Source of the DNA: Nitrospirota bacterium | GTDB taxonomy: Bacteria > Nitrospirota > JACRHJ01 | Assembly (NCBI GenBank): GCA_963845245.1 | Contig: CAWJRJ010000019.1 | Location: forward strand, 1,305 to 65,304 | Direction: 5' to 3' | DNA: 64,000 nucleotides | Part shown: positions 41,122 through 50,826 of the stretch, piece after piece | How positions within the stretch are numbered: position 1 is the stretch's first letter | Layout of the letters: each line of letters opens with the position of its first letter | Notes under the pieces: generated by a model | The model's input: only the letters and a program-made list of their open reading frames with translations | Told to the model about the DNA's origin: nothing | Databases searched by the model: none | Position numbers and translations under genes: made by a program

Positions 41122-44100
41122 GCCGCCTCCTTATTTGTAGTGGACACACCTTGCCCGACCGTAAAATAGAACGTTGCGCCTTTCTCCACTCCCCCTTCCG
41201 CCCATACCTTACCGCCGTGCCTGGTTATTATACGCTGGACCGTGGCAAGCCCTATGCCTGTTCCCGGGAAGTCAGTGACCGCATGCAACCGCTGGAACGG
41301 CCCGAACAGCTTCTCGCTGTATGCCATGTCGAACCCGGAGCCATCGTCCCTGACAAAATAGGCCTGAGTACCGTCCATCGTTTCCATACCGAACTCTATC
41401 TTCGCAGTCTGATGTTTCGATGTAAACTTCCATGCGTTGCCGAGGAGGTTCTCAAGGACAACCCTCAGAAGTTGCGGGTCGCCTTCCGCGGCCAGCCCTT
41501 CATGTACTATTAGTTCGACCTGGCGTCCGGGCTCCGATTCCCGCAGCCCTTCAGCCACGTGCCGCACAATGGAACTCAAGTCAACAACATTGTTTTGCAT
41601 CTCCCCCCTCGTCACACGGGAGAGTTTCAGAAGGTCGTCTATTAGCTGTCCCATCCTCTGGCTGGCGGCGCGCACCCGGTGGAGACAGTCCCTGCCCCGG
41701 TCGTCCAGTTTCTCCTCGTAGTCTTCCAGTACCGCCTGGCTGAAGCCGTCGATGCTCCGAAGCGGAGACCGCAGGTCGTGGGACACCGAGTAGCAGAACG
41801 CCTCCAATTCCTTGTTAGCGGCAGTGAGTTGGACCGTGCGCTCGACCACACGCTGCTCCAGCTCATCATTCATCCTCATTATGGCCTTCTCGGCCTTCTT
41901 TTTCTCGGTAATGTCGCGGGCAGCAGCAAATACGCCTTTTACATTTCCCGTCTCATCACGGTAGACCGATGCATTGTAAAGTACAGGTGTGACGTGACCT
42001 TCCTTGTGGCGAACCTCAAGCTCATAGTCAAGCACATAACCCGAACTGAACACTTCCTTGTAACCCGCCCTCGCCTTTTCCGGGTCGGTGAAGTAGTCCG
42101 AGAAGTCTGTGCCTACAAGATCGGCACGGTTGCGCCCGGTCACAGCCTCAGTAGCTGCGTTTACGTCGGTTATCTTGCCGTCCGGGCCAATAGTCACAAG
42201 CGGGTCGAGGCTGGCCTCGATTAGGCTTCTGTTGTAAACCCCGGCAAGCCGGAGGGCCTCCTCGGCCTTCTTGCGTTCGAGCAGCCGCCACATGCTTTCC
42301 ATAAGGAGGATCAGCTGCTGGACATCGCCCTGGTCGTACTCTTCGGCTTTGTTGCCTACGCCCGCGACAATAACGATTTTGGATCCATCGAAAACAGGAA
42401 CGTTCATGTGACGCACCAATGCCACGTGGCCCTGCGGGCAACCTTTCTTCCATTGGTTGTCGGCGGCGTAGTCGTTGGTGATGATTGGCCGGCGCTGCCT
42501 GACCGCTTCACCCCATAGTCCGGTGGACTCTACAGGATAAAGAAACGGTTTCTCCGAGATGGCGCACTCTGCCATGGCGGATTTCGACCAAGAGTTCATG
42601 GTAAGGATGCTCTCATCCTCGTTGAGAAACGCCAGGTAGCCTATTTTGCTTTGGGTCAGCCGTACGGCTTCCTCCAAGACGAAATCCGTGACCTCCTGCA
42701 TGGTTGCATCCATCATCTGGTTCAGGTGCAAAAGCGCTTCCATACGCTGGGAGTTAAGCGCGCCCGCCTCATCGGCCCTCTTTCGCTCCGTGATGTCCCT
42801 AGCCGCCGCGAACACGCCGGTTACCCCTCCTGTCTCATCCCTGTAGACGGAAGCATTGTATAATACGGGCGTTGTATGGCCATCCTTGTGGCGGACCTCA
42901 AGCTCGTAGTCAAGCACGTAACCCTCGCGAAACACCTCTTTGTAACCTGTCCTCGCCTTTTCCGGGTCGGTGAAGTAGTCCGAGAAGTCCGTGCCGACAA
43001 GCTCTGCGCGGCTGCGCCCGGTTACGGCCTCAGTCGCCGCGTTCACGTCTGTTATCCTGCCGTCCGGGCCAATCGTCACCAGAGGGTCGAGGCTGGCTTC
43101 AATGAGGCTTCGGTTGTAGGCGCTTGCAAGGTGCAGGGCTTCTTCAGCCCTTGTCCGCTCTTCAACCTCTTCACTGAGGTATTCGTTCACCTCCTTGAGC
43201 TTGGCAGTCCGCTCGTCAACCAATTCCTCCAGGTGCTCGCGGTGTCTGCGAAGGTCGTCCTCCGAACGTTTCAGGGCACGAAAGGCAAGGGCAAAAAAAC
43301 CTATGATAAAACAGACGTTGACAAGTGTGGAAACAGCGGAACCGTATTCTTTTGTCACCAAGCCTTTGCCTATGAAAAAGAGCCTGATTTTGCCCGTGGA
43401 AATCTCTAAAACAATGACTGCGGGGAGAAGCCACCTTGCCAACAACCCTGCCGAACCTTCGTCAGAAGCAATCTTCATTATCCCGAATTCCGGCTGCGAA
43501 AACATTATCCCGAAGAACAACAACAAGAAGGCAAATGAGGTGTGGACCGCTATATGCGTATAACGCACCAATGGAACAAGCGGGATTACCCCATAAATAG
43601 CACCGATTATCGCAAGCAAAGATATAGCGCCCGCGATATCAGTCATGATTTTAACAACAAGACGGTCGTTGCCTTTTTTATAGAAAAAGAGGGCTAGCCC
43701 AAAAAAAACAAGGTTCACACAAGTTACAGGAGCCATCCTGCCGGGGAAAGGCGAGAGTGCGGAGAGTTGCGGGTCGTTGAATAACAGTTGGTCGATACCT
43801 AAATCTACATTGGCGGCATATTCTATGGAGTTAAGTATACCGAGCGTAACTGCGACAAGCGGAAGCGCCTGAGCAACCACCTGAAGTACGGATTTCTCCC
43901 TGTCTCCATACCTTGCGTGTATTGTAAGGGCTATTCCAAGGCAGATAAACGAAATTGCGGTATTGACCTTCATCGAGACATGGCCCGGAATTACGACTTT
44001 CAAGGCAGTTATATCAAAAAACCACCCCACGAGGACCACGACACCGATGAGCGCAACGATGGTGCCGAGCCACCCAGCAACTTTTACAAAGGAATCTTTT

Positions 44101-44129
44101 TTGATTGTCATGAGAAAATTCCTTCTCAT
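41118..44129 (-). CDS. Membrane PAS-GAF-PAS sensor histidine kinase
   Basis: About seven N-terminal TMs; SVSHDLRSPL, NLLGNAWKF, DDGSGFDM, GTGIGLA. Confidence 0.92.
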   Translation of the reverse strand: MRRNFLMTIKKDSFVKVAGWLGTIVALIGVVVLVGWFFDITALKVVIPGHVSMKVNTAISFICLGIALTIHARYGDREKSVLQVVAQALPLVAVTLGILNSIEYAANVDLGIDQLLFNDPQLSALSPFPGRMAPVTCVNLVFFGLALFFYKKGNDRLVVKIMTDIAGAISLLAIIGAIYGVIPLVPLVRYTHIAVHTSFAFLLLFFGIMFSQPEFGIMKIASDEGSAGLLARWLLPAVIVLEISTGKIRLFFIGKGLVTKEYGSAVSTLVNVCFIIGFFALAFRALKRSEDDLRRHREHLEELVDERTAKLKEVNEYLSEEVEERTRAEEALHLASAYNRSLIEASLDPLVTIGPDGRITDVNAATEAVTGRSRAELVGTDFSDYFTDPEKARTGYKEVFREGYVLDYELEVRHKDGHTTPVLYNASVYRDETGGVTGVFAAARDITERKRADEAGALNSQRMEALLHLNQMMDATMQEVTDFVLEEAVRLTQSKIGYLAFLNEDESILTMNSWSKSAMAECAISEKPFLYPVESTGLWGEAVRQRRPIITNDYAADNQWKKGCPQGHVALVRHMNVPVFDGSKIVIVAGVGNKAEEYDQGDVQQLILLMESMWRLLERKKAEEALRLAGVYNRSLIEASLDPLVTIGPDGKITDVNAATEAVTGRNRADLVGTDFSDYFTDPEKARAGYKEVFSSGYVLDYELEVRHKEGHVTPVLYNASVYRDETGNVKGVFAAARDITEKKKAEKAIMRMNDELEQRVVERTVQLTAANKELEAFCYSVSHDLRSPLRSIDGFSQAVLEDYEEKLDDRGRDCLHRVRAASQRMGQLIDDLLKLSRVTRGEMQNNVVDLSSIVRHVAEGLRESEPGRQVELIVHEGLAAEGDPQLLRVVLENLLGNAWKFTSKHQTAKIEFGMETMDGTQAYFVRDDGSGFDMAYSEKLFGPFQRLHAVTDFPGTGIGLATVQRIITRHGGKVWAEGGVEKGATFYFTVGQGVSTTNKEAA

Positions 44130-44365
44130 CCCGGCCCTGTTGCGGGTTCGCCTGTAGACTATAGATATCAGAATATATTGTTAGTATAGCATATTTTAAA
44201 TATATAATTTGAATCTGGCAGGAAACGCACTTATATGGGATGACTCAGATATCCTGCAGCGGTTGTCATAATAACAGCAACAGATTAACTGATTTACTAC
44301 ACTGGTATTTTATGCGTGATATATGATTGGCAGTGCGATAAAGTTCAGAGCATAGATCCTTGTTG

Positions 44366-44671
44366 CTACTGGCCGGTTTTCACCCCGCCGGCCTCGAGTT
44401 CCTTGTTGGCCAGTTCGGCAAGACCCATCTTCTGATAGGCGCTGGAGAGCATGACATGCGCCGAGTCCATATCAGGCTTCAGGCCTATCGACCTGTTGAA
44501 CATTTCCGCAGCCTCAGGATATTTCTGTGCGTCGAAATACTTCTTGCCCTCCACAAAAGACGCCATCGCCCTTTTGTCATCTGACCCGGACTTGACCTTA
44601 TAAACCGAGAAACCGCCAAGAAGAAAACCAAACGCAAGGCTGACCGCAATTGTTATAAGAACTCTCTTCAT
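44366..44671 (-). CDS. Small membrane-anchored TPR protein
   Basis: N-terminal TM plus TPR-like motifs. Confidence 0.72.
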   Translation of the reverse strand: MKRVLITIAVSLAFGFLLGGFSVYKVKSGSDDKRAMASFVEGKKYFDAQKYPEAAEMFNRSIGLKPDMDSAHVMLSSAYQKMGLAELANKELEAGGVKTGQ

Positions 44672-44813
44672 ACGTCCTCCTCGATTATTATTCTTTTATG
44701 GTTACTTATTTTACTTATTTTGAATGAATCCACAACCCTTTTTATCGCAATAGTTGAAAAAAGCCTCAAATGGCTTTACAGGATGCCGGATAGCATTCAA
44801 ACATTAAAATACT

Positions 44814-44842
44814 TTGATGGAATGCCTCCTTTGTGGTATCTT
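44814..44842 (+). promoter_or_regulatory. Putative sigma70 promoter for leader ORF-pal
   Basis: TTGATG-17 nt-TATCTT with extended TG. Confidence 0.45.
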
Positions 44843-44866
44843 TTTATAAAACCTAATGGCACGATA

Positions 44867-45166
44867 ATGAACAAGAAACTTGCACTGATTATTTTTCCCG
44901 TCTGTCTTTCAATCATCCTGCTGGCAGGCAATCTCCCGCGTTTAATAAAACATCATCATTCAAAACCCCACCCTATCATAAAGGCTATCGAAGAGTCGTC
45001 TTCCGAGGATTCCAAGATCTCCGTTGATGATGTCGGCCTCGGCAACAGCCGGATTGATTTTACTCGTGATAAATACTACCTCTCCTTTGAGCCGAAGAGG
45101 GTTTATCACAGCAAATTCAAGCTTGTCAATATAGTAGCCAGACCTCCGCCTACCGTTATTTGCTGA
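44867..45166 (+). CDS. Putative leader/arrest peptide: N-terminal TM/signal, His cluster, C-terminal ARPPP
   Basis: MNKKLALIIFPVCLSIILLAG...KHHHSKPHP...IVARPPPTVIC*; 99 aa, 105 nt upstream of pal. Confidence 0.62.
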   Translation: MNKKLALIIFPVCLSIILLAGNLPRLIKHHHSKPHPIIKAIEESSSEDSKISVDDVGLGNSRIDFTRDKYYLSFEPKRVYHSKFKLVNIVARPPPTVIC

Positions 45167-45271
45167 TCTCCTGTGTCCCCAGTATCGTTTCCACGGATGC
45201 ATTCCAGTACGCGTTTGCTGACAGATCCCTGTTGCACCGGTGGAATAACACTATGAAAAGGAGTGCGGATA

Positions 45272-45841
45272 ATGAGATATTTACGGGCATTACTGTTTTC
45301 AATTATGGTGGTTACCTTTGTATTTGCAGGTTATGGATGTGCCAATAAGCAGCTCAAAAGCGATGGAGGCCAGATAAAACCTTCAACGCCACCAGAGGCG
45401 GCAAAGACTCCTTCCGGAGATACTGATAAGTCGAAGCGTGAATCGAAAGAGATAGAGGCCCCTCCCGGACAGAAAGAGCAACCAGAGCCGGTCGAAACAG
45501 CAAGAAGCGAGAAATCATTACAGGCGATATATTTCGACCTGGACAAATATGACATCAAACCTGACGATGCCAGGATACTGGAAGGAGGGGCGAAATGGAT
45601 AAGGGCCAGAAAACCCGGGCTTGTTATGGTCGAGGGGAACTGCGATGAGCGCGGCACCGTCGAATACAACCTGGCCCTTGGAGAGAGAAGGGCAGAGGCG
45701 GCAAAAAACTACCTTGTTTCGCTGGGCGTTGATGCCAACAAGCTGAAGACGATCAGCTATGGGAAGAGCAAGCCAGTGGACCTCGGGCACAACGAGGAGG
45801 CCTGGGCGAAAAACAGGCGGGATTCTTTCGTCGTTCAATAA
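45272..45841 (+). CDS. pal: Peptidoglycan-associated lipoprotein (OmpA-like domain)
   Basis: GYGC lipobox; IYFDLDKY, VEGNCDERGTVEYNLALGERRA, SYGKSKP, AWAKNRR. Confidence 0.92.
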   Translation: MRYLRALLFSIMVVTFVFAGYGCANKQLKSDGGQIKPSTPPEAAKTPSGDTDKSKRESKEIEAPPGQKEQPEPVETARSEKSLQAIYFDLDKYDIKPDDARILEGGAKWIRARKPGLVMVEGNCDERGTVEYNLALGERRAEAAKNYLVSLGVDANKLKTISYGKSKPVDLGHNEEAWAKNRRDSFVVQ

Positions 45842-45847
45842 GATACC

Positions 45848-45876
45848 AATAAGGGGGGCAAGTTGCCCCCCTTATT
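45848..45876 (+). terminator. Terminator-like hairpin after pal
   Basis: AATAAGGGGGGCAA-g-TTGCCCCCCTTATT. Confidence 0.7.
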
Positions 45877-45998
45877 CATCCCCTCCCAAAAACCTCTCGT
45901 TATTTTCATTTTTTATTGACATATATATAATCTTTACTTGAAAAAAAATATAATATGATTATAATCTAACAACTTTTAATCAAGGAGGGTATAGATAT

Positions 45999-46970
45999 AT
46001 GAAAAAGGGACTTATATTAAGAGCTTTGTTTTCGGCATCATTTGTTTTTGTGGTTGCTTTATGCGCGATGGTAACGGTTTCAGGGAAGGATGCTGCCGCT
46101 GCCGAGGCGACAGTTGCCGCTGCGGACGGTTCTTCTTTCAGTATCTCCGTGGGTTCGTTATTCCTGCGCCGCGAGGGGACGCATAACTATATACTCGTAT
46201 CGAGTATAGGCCCGGGCGGGACAAAGACGGTGCTGGATTCCCAATCCCTGAACCTCGACGATTACGAACCCGGCTTGGATGTCAGCGCCGCATATAAAAG
46301 CAAGGGCGGCCTTGAAGCCAATTTCAGGTATTTCGGCCTAAACTCATGGTCTGAGGATTCAAGGATTGTGCTGAACAGACTTGTTGATAGCAAGCCTATG
46401 AATCCTGGGACCGAAGGCTTAGCCAGCGCTGCCACTATCTACAGCAGCTATAGTTCACAGCTTGACAGCGCTGAGATCAATATGGGATGGTGGCCTGTTG
46501 AATATATCGGGGTATTTGCAGGCCCGCGTCATCTGACTATTGATGAGTCTAACAAGATAACTATTCTTAATGACTCGGTCGCCTTTTCTTCCTCTGCCGA
46601 TAACGAGCTTTGGGGCGGACAGGTAGGAGTAAAGGCAAACCTGTTTAAAACCCGCAGGGGCTGTACAGCCAGTTTATGGGGCAAGGCTGGTTATTACGAT
46701 AACGCGATCTCTACGAAATTCGGCATTCACACTAATTTTGAAGGCTCTTCGATTCAAGCAAGGGGCAAATCCCACACGGGGACATTCGCTGGTGAGGCCG
46801 GCTTTGACTACAAGATCGTCGTAGTGCCGCATGTCGCGCTGTCAACCGGGTACGAGATACTGTGGATTGAAAAAACCGCCCTTGCGACAGCGGGCAATTA
46901 CGACCATATAGTCGACACCGACAGTGTGCTCTATCATGGCGCAAAGGTCGCACTTACGATAGACTGGTAG
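45999..46970 (+). CDS. Outer-membrane beta-barrel protein (BBP7-like)
   Basis: Signal peptide, alternating beta pattern, N.LWGGQVG, GYEILWI, C-terminal aromatic (LTIDW). Confidence 0.72.
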   Translation: MKKGLILRALFSASFVFVVALCAMVTVSGKDAAAAEATVAAADGSSFSISVGSLFLRREGTHNYILVSSIGPGGTKTVLDSQSLNLDDYEPGLDVSAAYKSKGGLEANFRYFGLNSWSEDSRIVLNRLVDSKPMNPGTEGLASAATIYSSYSSQLDSAEINMGWWPVEYIGVFAGPRHLTIDESNKITILNDSVAFSSSADNELWGGQVGVKANLFKTRRGCTASLWGKAGYYDNAISTKFGIHTNFEGSSIQARGKSHTGTFAGEAGFDYKIVVVPHVALSTGYEILWIEKTALATAGNYDHIVDTDSVLYHGAKVALTIDW

Positions 46971-46993
46971 AAGGTCTTTTTTATAAAAAAAGG

Positions 46994-47022
46994 TTGACTC
47001 CGGAAGGTAAATATAGTATAAA
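46994..47022 (+). promoter_or_regulatory. Putative sigma70 promoter of tRNA-Asp
   Basis: TTGACT-17 nt-TATAAA. Confidence 0.6.
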
Positions 47023-47035
47023 TTACGAGCTTTAT

Positions 47036-47112
47036 GGGGTCGTAGCTCAGTCGGTTAGAGCGCCTGCCTGTCACGTAGGAGGTCGCGAGTTCGAGCCTCG
47101 TCGACCCCGCCA
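47036..47112 (+). tRNA. tRNA-Asp (GTC)
   Basis: GGGGTCG/CGACCCC acceptor, CCTGC-CTGTCAC-GTAGG anticodon arm, GTTCGAG T-loop, CCA. Confidence 0.96.
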
Positions 47113-47169
47113 TAAAGAATAAAGGGTTACGGTTCATCCCGTAGCCCTTTTGTTTTATGTTCAGACAAT

Positions 47170-47207
47170 AAAACAGCGGGATGGCACTCTGGCCATCCCG
47201 CTGTTTT
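47170..47207. terminator. Bidirectional terminator
   Basis: AAAACAGCGGGATGGC-actctg-GCCATCCCGCTGTTTT. Confidence 0.75.
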
Positions 47208-47236
47208 CATTTGAAAAGTCTTATGCTAACCCCGGA

Positions 47237-47659
47237 TCAGGCGCACCCGACGACAAGGACCGGGCATGGCGCGTTCTTGATGACCTTGCCGGTAATATTC
47301 CCGCCGAGAAGCCTCATCAGGAAGCTGCTGTTGTCCTTCTCAATTATTATCAGGTCGCACTTTTCCTCCCTTGCGACCTCCACTATCTTCTTGTCCGCAT
47401 CGCCTTCTTCGAGCCTGGTCTTTACCAGGGCCCTCTCGGAAGTCGCGGTCTTGTTGGCCTGACGGATGGCGGCCTGCGCGCCTGAATCAAGGACGTCGCC
47501 GATGTTCTTCACACCCACAAGCTCCAGGTCACCCTCGTAAGGCGGTATGACCTTCACCACAGTTATCCATGCGCCTTCGTCCTGTGCAAGCTTAATGCCC
47601 TTCAAAAGGGTTTCATTAGATTTATGCAGCGCGACCAGGATTTTCCTGAAGCCTCTCAT
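47237..47659 (-). CDS. Universal stress protein
   Basis: RKILVAL...CDLIII...G.ITGKVIKNAPCPVLVV. Confidence 0.88.
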   Translation of the reverse strand: MRGFRKILVALHKSNETLLKGIKLAQDEGAWITVVKVIPPYEGDLELVGVKNIGDVLDSGAQAAIRQANKTATSERALVKTRLEEGDADKKIVEVAREEKCDLIIIEKDNSSFLMRLLGGNITGKVIKNAPCPVLVVGCA

Positions 47660-47663
47660 AATA

Positions 47664-48524
47664 TTACCTCACTACGAGTACGGGACACGGCGAGTTCATA
47701 ATCACGCGCTCAGTCGTGCTGCCCATTATAGCCTTGTTCACCCCGGTCCATCCGAAGGTACCCATCACGATCAGGTCCTTCCTGAGTTTTGCGGCATTGT
47801 CAACCACCCTGTCGGCCGCGCTTCCCTCCTGGACCATAGTCGCCACGGTAAAACCGTTTTCGGCGGCCGTATTACGGGCATCCTCCACCACTTTTTCCGC
47901 TTCGTCGAACATGCTTTTCTTTATAGACTCCGTCCTCATGAAGCCTATCATTTCCTCGTACCTCGGCATCGCATAGAGGACAGTGACTTCGCCGCCGTTC
48001 TCGCCTGCGAACTGCCCGGCCTTTATCAGGGCCTTCTTGCTGTTCTCGGAGCCATCGAAGGCTACCAGCACCGACTTGTACTCACCGGTGCAGTCGCTAC
48101 ACGGTTTCTTCACCACCAGAACATCGCATGGCGAGGAGGCTATGACACTTGCCGTAACGCTCCCCATTATCAGCCTCTTTATGCCGCGCCTGCCGTGGGT
48201 GCCCATCGCGATAAGCCCCGCGCCACGCTCGCGCGCCACAGTGTTAATTATCTCCGGCGGTTCGCCCTGGCAGACAAGGCTCTCAAGCTCAATGCCGAAC
48301 TCGGCGTTGTACTTTTCCCTGGTCTGCATGCAAAGCTTGTTGCCAACCTCAAACCTCTTCTCAAGCTGGACAGGGGCTATTCCGAACTCCTCCTCGTCGA
48401 AATATACTGCGTGGACCATAATGACTTTGCCACCGTGCAGTTTGGCTCTTTTGGAGGCGTCTATCAGGGCGGCCTTACTGTACTCAGAGCCGTCAAAACC
48501 AACTACTATTGTCTCGTACATCAA
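47664..48524 (-). CDS. Tandem universal stress protein
   Basis: Two USP domains (IVVGFDGS...MGTHGRRG...GSVT; VLVAFDGS...MGTFG...GSTT). Confidence 0.9.
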   Translation of the reverse strand: MMYETIVVGFDGSEYSKAALIDASKRAKLHGGKVIMVHAVYFDEEEFGIAPVQLEKRFEVGNKLCMQTREKYNAEFGIELESLVCQGEPPEIINTVARERGAGLIAMGTHGRRGIKRLIMGSVTASVIASSPCDVLVVKKPCSDCTGEYKSVLVAFDGSENSKKALIKAGQFAGENGGEVTVLYAMPRYEEMIGFMRTESIKKSMFDEAEKVVEDARNTAAENGFTVATMVQEGSAADRVVDNAAKLRKDLIVMGTFGWTGVNKAIMGSTTERVIMNSPCPVLVVR

Positions 48525-49307
48525 TGTGCCCCCCCGCCCTTTTTGAACACCAGACCGACGCCAAAACCCGCGCCGAGAGCTGCTAAAATGGAGAATATGC
48601 CGTAGAGCGCGCCGTTGTTCTTGGCCATGCCGGCAAGGTACTTCACAACCCCGACCTGCTCGACCAGTACCTTCGAAGTCGCCTGTTCAACCACCTTTCC
48701 GCCTTTCACGGCATACACCGTTACGAGGTAGTCTCCGGGAGGTGCCTGGTAGGGCCATGCAAACTTCATGTAATATGTATGCTTGCCGCCGGATTCGCCC
48801 GAGGTAAATCCCCCCTCGGTGGATTCGAACAGTTTGGAATGCTCTTTATACTTTATGAACTCGCCGAACCACTTGTCTTTAGCCGCGCTGTCCGCAACCG
48901 GTGACAGTTCCGCGTGTTTGCCCAGGGCCGGGTAGCCTATGGTGTACTTCTCGAGTTCATCGGATGCCATCAGCTTGTTCAGGTCCTTTGTGGCGCGAAG
49001 CATATAGAGGTTCGGTGTGTTTTCTATTGTCAAGCGTGCCCACGTTCATCCAGAGGAACCCGCTGACCTTGCCCTTCTGCTTGAGCGTCTGATGAGCTTC
49101 CGGCGAGGCTATCTTGACCACCAGCTCCACGTCCGGGTCGCAGATGCCACGCACGCTGACCTCGCTCCCGTGGTAGAAGGAGTCAATGGTTATATGGTCG
49201 TGGTTCGCCTTTGCCGTCAGTTCCGCTGAGGCCTCTTTAAGGGGCGAAAATGACGCCAGTACCAGTACTACTGCTGCTATAATCAATGTCTTGAATGTCG
49301 TCTTCAT
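48521..49307 (-). CDS. TIGR02186-family membrane protein (frameshift near 49025)
   Basis: Signal peptide, ITIDSFYHG, KGKVSGFLWMN, WPYQAPPGDY, C-terminal TM; standard partner of TauE. Confidence 0.8.
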
Positions 49308-49308
49308 T

Positions 49309-50230
49309 TTAATGTCCGCCTCCCACACCTAAAAGCATCGATGGCTCCAGCGTCACATCGAATACTATCTTTACAGTAACCACAAGCACTATGATTGCAA
49401 GCAGGACCTTCAAGCTGGTCGGCCTTTAGCTTCCGGCCGAAAACAGTGCCGACCTGGGCCCCTAACGTCGAGCCCACCAAGAGAAGCACCGCAAGCGTGA
49501 AGTCCACGGTATGGTTAGTGTATGACTGCAGGAATGTAACCTCTATGCATGTGAAAAGTATCTGGAAAAGGCTGGTCCCGACAACCACGTGCATCGGCAT
49601 CCTCAATATGTAGACCATGACAGGCACCATGAGGAAGCCGCCGCCCACGCCCATTATCGCGGCCAGGACGCCAACAAACCAGCCGAAGAATATCGGAAGG
49701 ATAAGCGAGTGGGTGACACCGGACTTCTCGAACCTCGTCTGCATGGGAAGCTTTTGCAGAAACGCGCCGAATTTTGATTCCCCGGCGGGTTTGGCCGACA
49801 CCGCGGCCTCTTTCTTCTTCATGCTCTGGATGCTTTCAATCAACATATATACACCGACGATGCCGAGCATCAGGATATATGTCATCTTTATCACGAAGTC
49901 GGCATTGCCCATGGCCTTTAGAAACTTCATAAGCTGGACGCCGACCATGCCCCCGGTGAAACCGCCGACAAGCAGGTAGATGCCCATCTTGAAATCGACG
50001 TTGCCAAGCTTCCAGTGGGCATAAGTGCCGGATGTGGACGCCGCAACAATCTGGTTGGAATCCGTGGCGGCAGCGACGGTTGAAGGTATGCCCAACATTA
50101 TAAGCAGCGGCGTCATAAGAAAGCCGCCACCCACTCCGAAAAGACCTGAAAGAAGCCCCACACCCAGGCCCAGGCCCACGGGTAACAGGATGTTTACACT
50201 GGTTAATGCGACTGGCAGATACAAATACAC
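49309..50230 (-). CDS. Sulfite exporter TauE/SafE (TSUP) family protein (frameshift near 49410)
   Basis: SGLFGVGGGFLMTP and IMGVGGGFLMVP repeats, VVVGTSLFQ. Confidence 0.9.
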
Positions 50231-50292
50231 GGTAGTTCCTCCTCGATTTAAAAGCCGGCCCTGGCAACACCAGGACATATATAAAGATCCTC

Positions 50293-50779
50293 TTAAGCTA
50301 AGCAGGCCTGCCTGCTGATGGTCACAACCGGCCTACCAGCAGTTTTTACAAGCGTATTCAACTCTTTAGCGGATACGCCGCCATCCTGGACTGCAGGAGG
50401 GCTCAGAAGCACCATGTCAACGGGCGGGTGGTCTTTGATGTATGCCTTGACCGCATGTACGGCATCGAGTTCCGATGTCGTCATGCTCAGCTTGACGCCA
50501 GCGGCGCTGCACTTTGCCTCAAAGGTAGTGGCAGATCTCTTTCATCAGGTCCAGTTCCCTTGAAAGTATCAGTTCCCTTGCGGTATCATGCTCCCCGGCC
50601 TCGGCAAAGGCCGCTGCGGACATGATATCGGAGAACTTCTCCGCCAGGTTCTTCCTCTTTTCATGCACCAGCAGAACGGAAAGCCCGTTCCCGAGCGTCC
50701 TTGCCAGGTCGATGGCATAGGAAAGCCCCTCTTCGTAACGTTCGTTCAAGAATGTTACAAACAGTAAATCCCTTCTCAT
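50293..50779 (-). CDS. Hypothetical USP-like protein (frameshift near 50520)
   Basis: ORFs 50519..50779 (EGLSYAIDLA...AAAFAEAGEHDTARE) and 50293..50484 (VDMVLLSP...RPVVTIS) appear to be one gene. Confidence 0.7.
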
Positions 50780-50826
50780 TCCTCAAACCTCCGTATAAGT
50801 GTTAACAAACTTCTACGTAGCTATAG

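Noticed and set aside
44130-44360. Possible c-di-GMP riboswitch upstream of the signalling operon
   Set aside because: No GEMM-type GGCAAAC/GNRA tetraloop-receptor pattern found on either strand.
44720-44866. Longer TTG-start version of the leader ORF (148 aa)
   Set aside because: The extension spans the predicted promoter; ATG at 44867 gives a typical MNKK-hydrophobic signal start.
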